A stretch of DNA of 55,469 nucleotides from positions 1 through 55,469 of the forward strand of contig CACLBK010000004.1 of the NCBI GenBank assembly GCA_902605135.1, given 5' to 3'. Origin of the DNA: an uncultured Alphaproteobacteria bacterium (GTDB lineage Bacteria > Pseudomonadota > Alphaproteobacteria > HIMB59 > GCA-002718135). Made by a program: the position numbers and the translations under genes. Below, piece after piece: positions 1-10,318 of the stretch; within the stretch, counting starts at the first letter, position 1; each line of letters opens with the position of its first letter. The notes beneath the pieces were generated by a model. The model was not told the DNA's origin and ran no database searches. It saw nothing but the letters and a program-made list of their open reading frames with translations.

Positions 1-128
1 CAACCAAAACCACCTCCGGCTTTAATTGCTTGTTCTGTGATATTGCAAAGATCTGCCAAATCTACATCTGTAAGTGTTTCAATATTATCAACTGAAATAT
101 TAATTTTTTCTTTTAGTTGTGTAGACAT
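1..128 (-). CDS. 5' part of a probable GNAT-family acetyltransferase (runs off the window)
   Basis: ATG at 128 reads MSTQLKEKINISVDNIETLTDVDLADLCNITEQAIKAGGGFG. It resembles the GNAT protein found between hisH and hisA in some alphaproteobacteria (recalled, not searched). Confidence 0.55.
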   Translation of the reverse strand, partial: MSTQLKEKINISVDNIETLTDVDLADLCNITEQAIKAGGGFG

Positions 129-130
129 GT

Positions 131-760
131 TTATGCTCCAATAAATTTTTTTAGTAAGTTTAATCCTTGGGAGGAACTTTTTTCAGGATGAAACTGCACG
201 CCATATATATTTTCTTTTCCAACTATTGAAGCAAAATTTATTCCATACTTAGTTTCTGCCAAAATATTGTCTTTATTGACACAATTGAAATAATATGAGT
301 GAACGAAGTAAAAGTCATTTTTAGTTAAGATTAAGTTGTTGTATTTTGAGTTTGTTGGTATTGCCAAATTCCACCCCATATGAGGAAGTTTTAAATTATC
401 TCCTGGCAATAATTTAATTTGACCATCTATCCAACCTAGGCCTTTATGAACTCCGTTTTCTTCACTCATCTTAGCTAACATTTGCATACCAACACATATC
501 CCCAAAAATGGTTTCTTTTTTATTAATGCAAACTCAGAAAGCTCATCAATTAAGCCATCGGTTTTTTTTAAGCCATTCATACATGTAGAAAAGGCTCCTT
601 GACCAGGTAATACAATATGAGTTGAACTTTTTACATCATTCAGTTTTTTTGAGATTAAAACATCAACCTCAATGTTGTTGTCTTTTGCTATTTTAACAAA
701 AGATTTTTGTGCAGACAAAACGTTGCCTGAGCCGTAGTCGACAATAGTGATCTTTTTCAT
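131..760 (-). CDS. hisH: Imidazole glycerol phosphate synthase glutaminase subunit
   Basis: VDYGSGN, LPGQG, GICVGMQ (catalytic Cys), PHMGWN, YFVHSY and QFHPEKS motifs. Confidence 0.97.
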   Translation of the reverse strand: MKKITIVDYGSGNVLSAQKSFVKIAKDNNIEVDVLISKKLNDVKSSTHIVLPGQGAFSTCMNGLKKTDGLIDELSEFALIKKKPFLGICVGMQMLAKMSEENGVHKGLGWIDGQIKLLPGDNLKLPHMGWNLAIPTNSKYNNLILTKNDFYFVHSYYFNCVNKDNILAETKYGINFASIVGKENIYGVQFHPEKSSSQGLNLLKKFIGA

Positions 761-766
761 TAAAAA

Positions 767-1354
767 TTAAAGAGAGCCTTTTGATGATGGTATGTTGTCT
801 TTTCTTCTGATATCTATTTCGACTGCAAATCTTAAACTTTTAGCAAAAGCTTTGAAGCATGATTCAATCATATGGTGATTGTTTTTTCCATACAAGTTTT
901 CAATATGTAAGTTACACTTTGATTCATTTGAAAAAGCTTTAAAAAATTCATGGAATAGTTCTGTATCCATTTCACCAATTTTTTTTAAACCAAGATTAAC
1001 ATTCCACACAAGCTCTGGTCTTCCACTTAAATCAATAACACATCTTGATAAACATTCATCCATTGGAACATATGAAAAACCATATCTATTTATTCCTTTC
1101 TTATCGTCCAACGCTTTATTTATAGCTAAAGCAATTGCGTAAGCTGTATCTTCAACTGAATGGTGAAGATCAACATCAGTATCTCCTTCACATTCTAAAT
1201 CTATATCTATCAAACTGTGATGAGACAATAATTCCAGCATGTGATCAAAAAAACCAATTTGTGTTGAAATTTTAGATTGACCAGTGCCATCTAAGTTAAC
1301 TTCACAACTTATTTTGGTTTCTTTAGTGTTTCTCTCAACTTTACCTTTTCGCAT
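767..1354 (-). CDS. hisB: Imidazoleglycerol-phosphate dehydratase
   Basis: [36 protein letters not shown] and C-terminal PSSKG motifs. Confidence 0.97.
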   Translation of the reverse strand: MRKGKVERNTKETKISCEVNLDGTGQSKISTQIGFFDHMLELLSHHSLIDIDLECEGDTDVDLHHSVEDTAYAIALAINKALDDKKGINRYGFSYVPMDECLSRCVIDLSGRPELVWNVNLGLKKIGEMDTELFHEFFKAFSNESKCNLHIENLYGKNNHHMIESCFKAFAKSLRFAVEIDIRRKDNIPSSKGSL

Positions 1355-1398
1355 TTTTGCCTAATATCAGTGAAATCTGATTTATTCTAGGTAAATTA

Positions 1399-1426
1399 CT
1401 TGATAAAAATAATTAAATAGCCATCT
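1399..1426 (+). promoter_or_regulatory. Putative RpoH (sigma32) heat-shock promoter of hslVU
   Basis: CTTG-N17-GCCATCT lies just upstream of hslV and matches the alphaproteobacterial RpoH pattern. hslVU is a classic RpoH target. Confidence 0.6.
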
Positions 1427-1434
1427 TATGAAGA

Positions 1435-1983
1435 ATGAAAAAAAACATTATCAAATCAACAACTATTGTAGGAATAAGAAAAGATAACCTTGTTGTTATT
1501 GCTGGTGATGGTCAAGCTAGTCTTGGAAATACTGTAATGAAATCAAATGTTAAAAAAATAAGAAGACTAGGAACAGATGAATCTGTTATTTCTGGATTTG
1601 CAGGATCTACTGCTGATGCGTTTGCTTTATTTGAAAGATTAGAGGGAAAATTAGATCAGTATAAAAACCAACTTAAAAGAGCTTGTGTAGAATTAGCTAA
1701 AGATTGGAGAACCGATAGGTATCTAAGAAGATTAGAGGCGATGATGATAGTAGCTGACAAAGAAGTAAGTTTATTGTTATCAGGAACTGGTGATGTTATT
1801 GAGTCTGACGATGGAATACTAGCTATAGGCTCTGGTGGCCCTTATGCTAATAGCGCAGCAAAAGCTTTAATGAAAAATACAAAAATGGATGCGAAAGAAA
1901 TTGCTGTAGAATCATTAAATATAGCTGCTGATATTTGTATTTACACAAACCACAATATTATTTCAGAAACCATCGAGCTTTAA
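1435..1983 (+). CDS. hslV: ATP-dependent protease peptidase subunit HslV
   Basis: TTIVG catalytic Thr, [28 protein letters not shown] and AIGSGG motifs. Confidence 0.98.
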   Translation: MKKNIIKSTTIVGIRKDNLVVIAGDGQASLGNTVMKSNVKKIRRLGTDESVISGFAGSTADAFALFERLEGKLDQYKNQLKRACVELAKDWRTDRYLRRLEAMMIVADKEVSLLLSGTGDVIESDDGILAIGSGGPYANSAAKALMKNTKMDAKEIAVESLNIAADICIYTNHNIISETIEL

Positions 1984-1984
1984 G

Positions 1985-3298
1985 ATGGAATCTAGTTTTA
2001 GTCCAAGAGAAATTGTTTCGGAATTAGATAAATTTATCATTGGTCAAAACAATGCAAAAAAAGCTGTTGCTGTTGCATTAAGAAATAGATGGAGAAGGAA
2101 ACAACTTGATGACTCTTTAAAAGAAGAAATTGTACCAAAGAATATTTTAATGGTTGGTCCTACAGGCTGTGGTAAAACAGAAATATCAAGAAGGTTGGCT
2201 AAGTTGGCAAATGCCCCTTTTATAAAAGTCGAGGCAACAAAATTTACAGAGGTAGGTTATGTTGGAAGAGATGTAGAGCAAATCATAAGAGATTTAGTCG
2301 AGATAAGTATTACGAAAACAAAAATACAAATGGGTCAAGAAGTAAAAGCAAAGGCGGAAAAAAATGCAGAAGAAAGAATTTTAGATGTTTTAGTTTCTAA
2401 AAGCTCAACTCCTGCCACACGTGACAATTTTAGAAAAAAACTTAGGTCAGGAGAATTAAATGATAAAGAAGTAGAGATACCCGTATCTGCCAATACTAAT
2501 TTTAGCTTACCAACAATGGATATACCTGGCATGCCTGGGTCTCAAATGGGGATGATAAATTTAGGGGATATTTTTGGTAAAGGTGTTGGTGGTCAAAAAA
2601 AAATGAAAAAGATGAGTATAAAGGATTCTCATGCGTATTTATTAGGAGAAGAAACCGATAAACTTTTGGATAAGGATAAAATAAACTCAAGAGCGTTAGA
2701 AGATGTAGAACAAAATGGAATTGTTTTCATAGATGAGATAGACAAGATTACCTCAAGGGCTGAAAGAAGTGGTGCAGATGTATCACGAGAGGGTGTTCAA
2801 AGAGATTTATTACCTCTTATAGAAGGCACATCAGTAACTACGAAGTACGGAGTTGTAAAAACAGATTATGTTTTGTTTATTGCCTCTGGGGCATTTCACT
2901 TATCTAAACCATCAGACATGCTGCCTGAGCTTCAAGGTAGATTGCCAATTAGAGTCGAGCTTGATAGTCTTAGTAAAAAAGATTTTATACTTATACTAAC
3001 TGAAACACAAAATAGTTTAATTAAACAATACCAAGGACTTCTTGGAACAGAAAAAGTTGATTTAAAATTTGAAGAAAGTGGTATTGAAACTATTGCCTCA
3101 CTCTCCACAGAGATAAATCAGAACGTAGAAAACATTGGCGCAAGAAGGCTGCATACTGTAATGGAGAAGTTACTTGAAGAAGTTAGTTATACTGCATCAG
3201 ATATAGGCCCTACAGAAATTACAATTAATAAAGAATACGTTGAAAATAGTTTAGGGGAGCTTATTAAAAGTCAGGACTTGTCAAAGTTTATATTGTAA
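1985..3298 (+). CDS. hslU: ATP-dependent protease ATPase subunit HslU
   Basis: [17 protein letters not shown] Walker [18 protein letters not shown] and NIGARRL motifs. Confidence 0.98.
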   Translation: MESSFSPREIVSELDKFIIGQNNAKKAVAVALRNRWRRKQLDDSLKEEIVPKNILMVGPTGCGKTEISRRLAKLANAPFIKVEATKFTEVGYVGRDVEQIIRDLVEISITKTKIQMGQEVKAKAEKNAEERILDVLVSKSSTPATRDNFRKKLRSGELNDKEVEIPVSANTNFSLPTMDIPGMPGSQMGMINLGDIFGKGVGGQKKMKKMSIKDSHAYLLGEETDKLLDKDKINSRALEDVEQNGIVFIDEIDKITSRAERSGADVSREGVQRDLLPLIEGTSVTTKYGVVKTDYVLFIASGAFHLSKPSDMLPELQGRLPIRVELDSLSKKDFILILTETQNSLIKQYQGLLGTEKVDLKFEESGIETIASLSTEINQNVENIGARRLHTVMEKLLEEVSYTASDIGPTEITINKEYVENSLGELIKSQDLSKFIL

Positions 3299-3327
3299 AG
3301 CTCATTAAATTTTTTAATAGTTGTAAA

Positions 3328-4662
3328 ATGAGCATTTTTAAAAGCATCAAATTTGAGTTACTTATTTTAGTATTAATTACATTAAGTATTTTTGCTTCTT
3401 TTGATATAGATCTTTTTTTTTATAGTTATTTTATAAACTTAAGTGATGTGGCAAATGGAGTTTTTCTAAAAGAATTTTTTTCAGAAATAACAAAACTTGG
3501 TAGTTCGTCATGGTATTTTTCTATTTCAATAATAGGTTTTGTTATTTTTTATATAAACAAAAGACTTCAAATCATAAAAACTAAATCAGCAAAAAATATT
3601 TCTAACTTTTTTATTTCTTCTTTTGTATATATTTTGACAGTTGGGATAATTACTCAAATTATAAAACATGTTGTGGGAAGGCCCAGACCAAATCATGCTG
3701 ATTTCGAAGACGTTTTTAGTTTTAAATATTTTACCATGGAATCAAATTTTCATTCTTTCCCCTCTGGACACTCTTCTACAATATTTATTGTTTGCTTTAT
3801 TTTGGTTTCTATTTTTCCAAAATTAAAATATTTTTTTTATTTTTTAGCTTCAATTATTGCTTTTAGTCGAGTTATTGTAAGCGCGCATTTTTTTACAGAT
3901 ATTGTTGCTGGGGCAATTTTAGCCTTAATATTATTTAAGATTTTAAATAAATTAATAGAAAGCAAATATAATAAATACAAATTATCAAATTTAATTCCTG
4001 AAAAAAATTCTGAGATTTTTTATTACATTCTAATTTTGTTTTTTAGTTGTGTGTTTGTGACTGCCGGCCCATCCTTAGATTTATATGTATCATCATTGTT
4101 TTATAAGGGTGCGTCACAATTTGAATTACAAAGTTTTGATTTAACTTCAATATTGTTTCGAGATATTTTATTACCACTAATACTTATTTATATTTTAATT
4201 TTACCAATAGTTGGGCGTTACTTTAAAATTGATAAAATTTTTTTTAATTATAAATTTTCTATTAAGGAAATAGTTTTGTTATGGATTTCTCAAATTATTA
4301 GTGTTTTAATATTTGTAAATCTTATACTAAAAAATTTTTGGGGTAGGGCAAGACCAAACGATATAGTTGAGTTGGATGGCAAAGAGTCTTTTTCCCCTTG
4401 GTTTGAAATAACCAATGCTTGTGAAACAAACTGCTCCTTTGTTTCAGGGGATGCTTCTGTTGGGTTTTCAATTATAGTTTTATATTTAATTACAAAAAAA
4501 ATAATTTTTCTCTATGGAAGCTTTGTTGCTGGTTTAGTACTTGGTTTAATTAGAATAATGGCTGGTGGTCATTTTTTAAGTGACATTTTTTTTGCTGGCT
4601 TTTTTATTGTAATATTAAATATAATTTTATTTGAATTTTATAAAAAATATTATGCTAAATAA
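3328..4662 (+). CDS. Membrane protein with two PAP2 phosphatase domains (LpxE-like plus LpxF-like)
   Basis: Domain 1 has KHVVGRPRP, SFPSGHS and SRVIVSAHFFTD. Domain 2 has KNFWGRARP, CSFVSGDAS and RIMAGGHFLSD. Many transmembrane segments. Confidence 0.85.
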   Translation: MSIFKSIKFELLILVLITLSIFASFDIDLFFYSYFINLSDVANGVFLKEFFSEITKLGSSSWYFSISIIGFVIFYINKRLQIIKTKSAKNISNFFISSFVYILTVGIITQIIKHVVGRPRPNHADFEDVFSFKYFTMESNFHSFPSGHSSTIFIVCFILVSIFPKLKYFFYFLASIIAFSRVIVSAHFFTDIVAGAILALILFKILNKLIESKYNKYKLSNLIPEKNSEIFYYILILFFSCVFVTAGPSLDLYVSSLFYKGASQFELQSFDLTSILFRDILLPLILIYILILPIVGRYFKIDKIFFNYKFSIKEIVLLWISQIISVLIFVNLILKNFWGRARPNDIVELDGKESFSPWFEITNACETNCSFVSGDASVGFSIIVLYLITKKIIFLYGSFVAGLVLGLIRIMAGGHFLSDIFFAGFFIVILNIILFEFYKKYYAK

Positions 4663-6037
4663 AATTCTATTGCCATCATTTATTGTTTTGCTTTTATTAA
4701 AAATAGGTGCCTTAAATTTTACTACTTTTAATTTGTTTGGTGATGAAGCGCAGTATTGGTTATGGTCAAAAGATATTGACTTTGGTTATTTTTCGAAACC
4801 CCCTTTTTTGTCCTGGATAATAAGAGTTTATACGGAAATATTAGGTAGTAGTTTTGTTTCATTAAAACTTCTCCCATCGTTTGTGTATTTATTAATTGCC
4901 TGGAGTATTTATAATCTTTTACTCAACTCTGGACTAAATAAAAAAGATTCATTTGCGGGTTGTTTAATTTTTTTGTTTATACCCGCTGTTTCTTTTTCAT
5001 CTTTTATAATTAGTACTGATCTTTTTTTATTATTATTTTGGACACTTTCACTTAATGAATTAATTAAGATCAAAAGTGAACAAGCTTTAAAAAATTTTAT
5101 ATTATTAGGTATTTTTCTGGGGTTAGCTTTTTTATCAAAATATGCAGCTATATATTTTGTAATTTGTTTATTTGTTCTAATTTTATTTGATAAAAGATTT
5201 AGAAAAATTTTTTTGGATAATTTATTAGGTTTTTGTCTTACTTTTTTATGTGTGTTTGTAATCATCTTACCAAATATTGTTTGGAACTTTAATAATGACT
5301 GGATAACACTTGAGCATACTTCGGATAATGCAAATTTTGGAAATATTGAAATAGATCTGATTAGGGGTTTAGAATTTTTGTTAATTCAGGTTTTAATGTT
5401 AGGCCCATTTATGTTTTTGGGTGGGTTATTTGGATTTAACAAATGGAACTATATTCAAAAAATTTTTTTAATATTTTCAATACCTATAATTCTAATTGTT
5501 TTGATAGAGGCAATTATTGTCAGAGCTAATGCAAATTGGGCTGCTCCAGCTTTAATTTCTTTGTTTGCTCTTTTATATATTAGAATGAATAATTCTTTTT
5601 TAAAGATGGTTAATTACATATTTAATTTTACTGTCTGTTTTGTTCTTTTTGTTATGATTGGAACAAGTTATCCCTCTAAAATTTTTGACCGAGTTAGTGG
5701 TATAAATGATTATGCTCTAAAAATTTACAGCAATTCTTCAAAAGATGTACTAAAAAATATAGTGGTTTCTGACCGACTTTTATTTTCAAGCCTTAATTTT
5801 GAATTAAGAGATAAGGATATTAATTTCTATATGCCACATAAAGAGGGAGATGAAATAACAAACCACTTTAAAATAGTGTCTCCTCTTAATAAAAATATAA
5901 ACGAAAACTTTACTTTAATTGGGAGCCCCTCAGATATAAATTACTTAGAGAATGAATATAAGGTGTTAAAAATAAATTCACCTGATCAAAAATTTACAAA
6001 AAGAGAACTTGATGTTTACGAGGTTGTGTTTGAATAA
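4652..6037 (+). CDS. ArnT/PMT-like (GT-C) membrane glycosyltransferase
   Basis: DEAQYWLWS, GYFSKPP, TD, LAFLSKY, PNIVWN and ANW motifs; polytopic. Likely start is the ATG at 4652, overlapping the upstream stop. Confidence 0.85.
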   Translation: MLNKILLPSFIVLLLLKIGALNFTTFNLFGDEAQYWLWSKDIDFGYFSKPPFLSWIIRVYTEILGSSFVSLKLLPSFVYLLIAWSIYNLLLNSGLNKKDSFAGCLIFLFIPAVSFSSFIISTDLFLLLFWTLSLNELIKIKSEQALKNFILLGIFLGLAFLSKYAAIYFVICLFVLILFDKRFRKIFLDNLLGFCLTFLCVFVIILPNIVWNFNNDWITLEHTSDNANFGNIEIDLIRGLEFLLIQVLMLGPFMFLGGLFGFNKWNYIQKIFLIFSIPIILIVLIEAIIVRANANWAAPALISLFALLYIRMNNSFLKMVNYIFNFTVCFVLFVMIGTSYPSKIFDRVSGINDYALKIYSNSSKDVLKNIVVSDRLLFSSLNFELRDKDINFYMPHKEGDEITNHFKIVSPLNKNINENFTLIGSPSDINYLENEYKVLKINSPDQKFTKRELDVYEVVFE

Positions 6038-6683
6038 ATTTCTAGTATTTTTTATTATATTTGTAATTAACACATCCTATGCAAATAATTTTAGCGCAGA
6101 ATATAAAGTCAGCACAACAGGAATAAAAATTGGTAATTTTAGTTGGTCATTAAATATTAATGATAATATTTATCAAACAGAAATTAATTTGAAAAATTCT
6201 GGCATTTTTTCACCTTTATATAAATTTGAAGGAAGCTATCTTTCAGTTGGGTTTATTGAAAACAACATATTTAAGACCCAAAATTATAAACAGTTTTGGA
6301 AAACTAAGAAGAAAACAAAAATAATTAAAATGTCTTTTGATGATTATTTAATTGAATTAAAACAAGAGCCTATAGAAGAAGAAATATCTAGAATAGACCT
6401 AGAAGACTTATATTTATATTTTGACCCAATTACCTCTTTTATAAATATTTTAAATGGAGAAAATGAGGCAAAAACAATTGATGGGAGAAGAATTTACACA
6501 CTTAAACAAAACGAAAGTGAGGATGGAAATATAATTTTAGAAATTGAAGACTATGTAAATATTTGGGCTGACCATAAAAGAAATGATTTAAAAAAAATAG
6601 AATTTTTAGTTAAAGATGATTTACTTCCATATGAAATTCTTATTCATTTCAAAAAAAGAGTGTTTAAGTTAGAAAGAATTTAA
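6009..6683 (+). CDS. Exported DUF3108-like protein
   Basis: Signal peptide ending SYA, YxV..GIKIG start, DP.T and DGRR motifs. Start codon uncertain. Confidence 0.5.
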   Translation: MMFTRLCLNKFLVFFIIFVINTSYANNFSAEYKVSTTGIKIGNFSWSLNINDNIYQTEINLKNSGIFSPLYKFEGSYLSVGFIENNIFKTQNYKQFWKTKKKTKIIKMSFDDYLIELKQEPIEEEISRIDLEDLYLYFDPITSFINILNGENEAKTIDGRRIYTLKQNESEDGNIILEIEDYVNIWADHKRNDLKKIEFLVKDDLLPYEILIHFKKRVFKLERI

Positions 6684-7219
6684 AACTTTTTTTTTCTTAA
6701 ATAGACAAAAAGAGCTCCGTCACCCCCATGTTCAAAACCCGCATCTTGATATGTTAGGATATATTTCTTAAGATAGTCTTCGTTTATCCAGTTTATTATT
6801 GAGTTTTTAATCTTTCCATAGAAAAGTTTAGGGTTTGTGTCTTCCTCATTTTGAATTTTTTTATGAACACCCTTTCCAGTAATTATAAGCAAACATCTTT
6901 TATTCTTGTTATAATTTTTTTTCACCTCACTTATAAATTTTTCATGTGCTTCGACTAAACCATACCCGTGAAGATCAATTTTTCTATCTATATTAATTTT
7001 TCCCCGCTTAAGCTCCTTATTAATCTCACCAAATGAAAATTTAAACTCTGAGCTACTAACTTTGTGTTCAGTTATTGTTTTTTTGCTGGTATTTTTAGTA
7101 TTAGTTTTTTTATCTAATTTTACATTTTTTTTATGAGTTGTTTCCACTTTAACTATGGATGTATCTTTTTTAAAAGGTTTTACACCTTTCATATTTTTTA
7201 GAAAAAAATCTTCTTCCAT
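6680..7219 (-). CDS. Smr/MutS2-domain protein
   Basis: IDLHG, IITGKG and HGGDGALFVYLR motifs. Confidence 0.92.
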   Translation of the reverse strand: MEEDFFLKNMKGVKPFKKDTSIVKVETTHKKNVKLDKKTNTKNTSKKTITEHKVSSSEFKFSFGEINKELKRGKINIDRKIDLHGYGLVEAHEKFISEVKKNYNKNKRCLLIITGKGVHKKIQNEEDTNPKLFYGKIKNSIINWINEDYLKKYILTYQDAGFEHGGDGALFVYLRKKKF

Positions 7220-7647
7220 TATTTTTTTGTATAGTTTTTAATTAAATTCTTTACTCTTTCAGGTGTTTGCAAATACCACAAACTGTCTAACATCTCTAGT
7301 GATGCCATGAATTTTTGTTTTTTGTTTAGAAAATAAAGCATTTTCTTAAATTTAGAGACGCCTTTTGCTCCAAGTTGAAAAATCATTTCTATTAATAATT
7401 CCTTTTCTGAAGCTGTGTGATCTTTTTTAAAAAATTTTATTTTGTATTGTTCGTGTGCTTTTTTAAAGTCTATCTCAAACAATTCTTCAAAATATTTTTT
7501 TTTAAATTTTTTAATATAATATTTTTTTTCTTTTTCTGTAATAAGATGACCATAACCAATAGTGTAATACCCTAATTGATCTTGATAAGGCTTGTCAGAA
7601 TAACCCTCGTTTTTTTTTATTCGGTCTTTGAGTTCTTTAAAGGACAA
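7219..7647 (-). CDS. Phage T4-type lysozyme (GH24 muramidase)
   Basis: E14-x8-D23-x5-T29 triad (EGYSDKPYQDQLGYYTIGYGHL), MIFQLG, and SLWYLQTPER resembling T4 SRWYNQTPNR; TTG start. Confidence 0.85.
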   Translation of the reverse strand: MSFKELKDRIKKNEGYSDKPYQDQLGYYTIGYGHLITEKEKKYYIKKFKKKYFEELFEIDFKKAHEQYKIKFFKKDHTASEKELLIEMIFQLGAKGVSKFKKMLYFLNKKQKFMASLEMLDSLWYLQTPERVKNLIKNYTKK

Positions 7648-7650
7648 ATA

Positions 7651-8232
7651 TTAAGTTTGAGTTAATATCCATATAGGACTAGAAGAGTTTACTGGTTTTT
7701 CAAAAGTCCAAGTGTCTTTATTTTTTACAATAGAACCCTCATCATTATTTAACATCTGTTCACTAATAAAATTGACCGATATTGATATTGTGTCATTTTC
7801 TACTTTTGCATCTGCTATGCCCTCTACAATAAGTGAATAAAATTGTGATTCAGGATTGTTTGTTTTTTCATCAATCGCTTTTTCAAAAGCAGAATAAACA
7901 TCTTTAGACACAAGGTTTTTCAGTGTTTTTTTATCTCCATTGTTGAAAGATGAAATTATAATTTCAAATGCTTTCTTGGCACCATCAAGAAACTCTCTGT
8001 GATTAAAATTATTTACTTTTTTATATACGGCCTCAAGCTTTGTCTCATTATCCATTAGTGATGGTATTTTTTGAACATCTTCTTGTTTTTTGGTTTCTTG
8101 AGGCTTTGGCTCTGAAATATTTTTTTGAAATCCTGTTCTTTTCCCTAAAACACTCCTCAGTCTATAAATAATAAATCCAGCAATAGCTGCGAAAATTAGA
8201 ATATCAAAAAATTGAAGGTCGCCGTAAATCAT
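7651..8232 (-). CDS. Tim44/TimA family adaptor protein
   Basis: N-terminal TM segment, LRSVLGKRTG, FLDGAKKAFEII, and DTWTF...P.WIL motifs. Confidence 0.9.
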   Translation of the reverse strand: MIYGDLQFFDILIFAAIAGFIIYRLRSVLGKRTGFQKNISEPKPQETKKQEDVQKIPSLMDNETKLEAVYKKVNNFNHREFLDGAKKAFEIIISSFNNGDKKTLKNLVSKDVYSAFEKAIDEKTNNPESQFYSLIVEGIADAKVENDTISISVNFISEQMLNNDEGSIVKNKDTWTFEKPVNSSSPIWILTQT

Positions 8233-8262
8233 TTGATTTTAATATAATAACTTTTTTAAATA

Positions 8263-8937
8263 TTAATAGTTAAATTTTTTCCAAAGGGGGTTTTTTAGTT
8301 TTTTTAACATTTCTTTATGGGCAAGATAATCTTCTTCATTAACTTCTATTATTTTGGTTTTTGTTTCGTTTTTGTTGTTAATTTGTGTGTTTTTTTCGTC
8401 AATGTTTGAATTCAGCTCCATAGAAAATTGCTTACCCCCTCTTAACTCTAAATAAACTGAGGCTAGAAGTTGCGAGTCAAGTAAGGCTCCGTGATATGAT
8501 CTATCTGATAAATCAATGTTAAATCTTCTACATAAATAGTCGAGGTTAGCTATTCTTGTGTTTAGAACTTCTCTTGCAAGAAAAACTGTGTCAACTACAG
8601 GATTATCTAAATGAGGTAATCCTAAGATTGACAACTCATTATTTATAAAACCTAAATCAAATGATGCGTTGTGAATTATCAATGTGTCGTTTTTCAAAAA
8701 ATTTAAGAGCTCCTTATGATTTTCTTCAAATGGTTTTTGTTGATTAAGAAAATCATCTGAAAGACCTACAATGTTTTTTGCCCCTTCACTTATACCTCTG
8801 TCTGGTTTGCAATAAAATTGGAGTGTGTTTCCTGTAGGAACATAGTTTTTGAGTTCTACACAACCAACTTCTATTATTCTGTCACCGGTCTTATAATCAA
8901 GGCCTGTGGTTTCTGTATCAATTACTATTTCTCTCAT
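8263..8937 (-). CDS. dnaQ: DNA polymerase III epsilon subunit
   Basis: DTETTG, HNASFD and HGALLD exonuclease motifs. Confidence 0.96.
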   Translation of the reverse strand: MREIVIDTETTGLDYKTGDRIIEVGCVELKNYVPTGNTLQFYCKPDRGISEGAKNIVGLSDDFLNQQKPFEENHKELLNFLKNDTLIIHNASFDLGFINNELSILGLPHLDNPVVDTVFLAREVLNTRIANLDYLCRRFNIDLSDRSYHGALLDSQLLASVYLELRGGKQFSMELNSNIDEKNTQINNKNETKTKIIEVNEEDYLAHKEMLKKLKNPLWKKFNY

Positions 8938-8945
8938 TGTTTTAA

Positions 8946-9536
8946 TTAAAGTTTACTTATTAGCTTATTAATCTTAATTTTATAATCCTTTAATGTCGAG
9001 TTGTTATAAATAACATAATCAGATTTCTTTTTTCTTATAAGATCTGATGTTTGAGATCGAGTTATATTCTTAAATTGGTTTTCAGTCATTTTTCTCGTTT
9101 TTTTTAATCTTTCTAATCTTACTCGTTTGGAGGCTATTATCGATATTACTTTGTTGAACTGTTTCTCTAAATTATTTTCAAACAATAATGGTATATCAAT
9201 AAATATTAATCTTGTTTTTTTTTGTTTTTCTTGTTGTATAAAATCAGACCTCTTTTTTCTAACTATTTTAAATATGTATAACTCTAGCTTTTTTCTTATC
9301 TGTTTATTTTCAAAAATAATCTTTGATATAGCCTTTTTATCTATGTTTTTTTTTGAAATTGACTTAGACAAACCTATGGTACGTAAATAAGTAACAAATT
9401 TTTTATCAGGGTTTTTATATATTTTGGCCACCTGCTCATCTGAGCTGTGAATTTTAAAGCCTTTTTCTTTTAAATCACTACAAAAGGTAGATTTACCAGA
9501 TCCTATACCGCCTGTTATTGCTATGGTTTTTATCAT
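8946..9536 (-). CDS. coaE: Dephospho-CoA kinase
   Basis: TGGIGSGKST and DIPLLFE motifs; conserved position next to dnaQ. Confidence 0.93.
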   Translation of the reverse strand: MIKTIAITGGIGSGKSTFCSDLKEKGFKIHSSDEQVAKIYKNPDKKFVTYLRTIGLSKSISKKNIDKKAISKIIFENKQIRKKLELYIFKIVRKKRSDFIQQEKQKKTRLIFIDIPLLFENNLEKQFNKVISIIASKRVRLERLKKTRKMTENQFKNITRSQTSDLIRKKKSDYVIYNNSTLKDYKIKINKLISKL

Positions 9537-10318
9537 TAAATTTTTTTATAAATAGAGTTAAGCATTTTTTTATCTACAGATGGGTTTTTACCAAACCACA
9601 TTTTAAAACACGGCTTAGCCTGTTCGATCAACATTGATATTCCATAAATCTTTTTATTCTTTGGAAACTGTTTAAGAAATGAGGTGTTTTTTGGGCTGTA
9701 AACAATGTCGCTTACTATCGTGGATTTGTTAATAAGTTTTAGGTGTTTTTTCAATATGGGGTTTATTGGTGTGGTATTAATTATTAAAAAAACTCCTTCA
9801 AGGTGTATTTCAAGATCTTTATATGTCTTTGTGTACTCAGTCCTGTTTGAATACTTAATTTTTCTCTTAGATCTATTGAAAATTAAAATATCCTTAAAAC
9901 CCCTCTTCTTTAAAACATAGTGAATGGCGTGTGAAGCACCTCCATAACCTAGAATAACAACTTTTTTGTTTTTGGTTTTTTTTATGTTTGGTAGAGTTTT
10001 GTAATATCCTGTCCAATCAGTGTTGGTCCCATTTATAGTTTTTTTATTTGTTACACAATTTACCGCACCAATCTTTTTTGCATGAATGTCTATTTTACCA
10101 AGGTGTTTGATAATTTTGCTTTTGAATGGAATGGTTACATTTAGGCCAAGTGTATCTTTTTTTTCCAAAACCTGCTTTATTTTTTTATGAAAGTTTTTTT
10201 TTGAAAGTTCTAAATATCCATAGCTTGCTTTAATGTGATATTTTTTAAACCAATAGTTAAATATTGTTGGTGAAAGACTTTTAGATGCCCTGTTCCCAAC
10301 TACGTAAAGTTTTTTCAT
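9536..10318 (-). CDS. aroE: Shikimate dehydrogenase
   Basis: SLSP, NVTIPFK, GAVN, NTD, GYGGA, DIVYSP and ML.EQA motifs. Confidence 0.93.
   Translation of the reverse strand: MKKLYVVGNRASKSLSPTIFNYWFKKYHIKASYGYLELSKKNFHKKIKQVLEKKDTLGLNVTIPFKSKIIKHLGKIDIHAKKIGAVNCVTNKKTINGTNTDWTGYYKTLPNIKKTKNKKVVILGYGGASHAIHYVLKKRGFKDILIFNRSKRKIKYSNRTEYTKTYKDLEIHLEGVFLIINTTPINPILKKHLKLINKSTIVSDIVYSPKNTSFLKQFPKNKKIYGISMLIEQAKPCFKMWFGKNPSVDKKMLNSIYKKI

Noticed and set aside
7219-7647. Prophage around the lysozyme gene
   Set aside because: Both flanks are core genes with tight junctions; no integrase, holin or structural genes.
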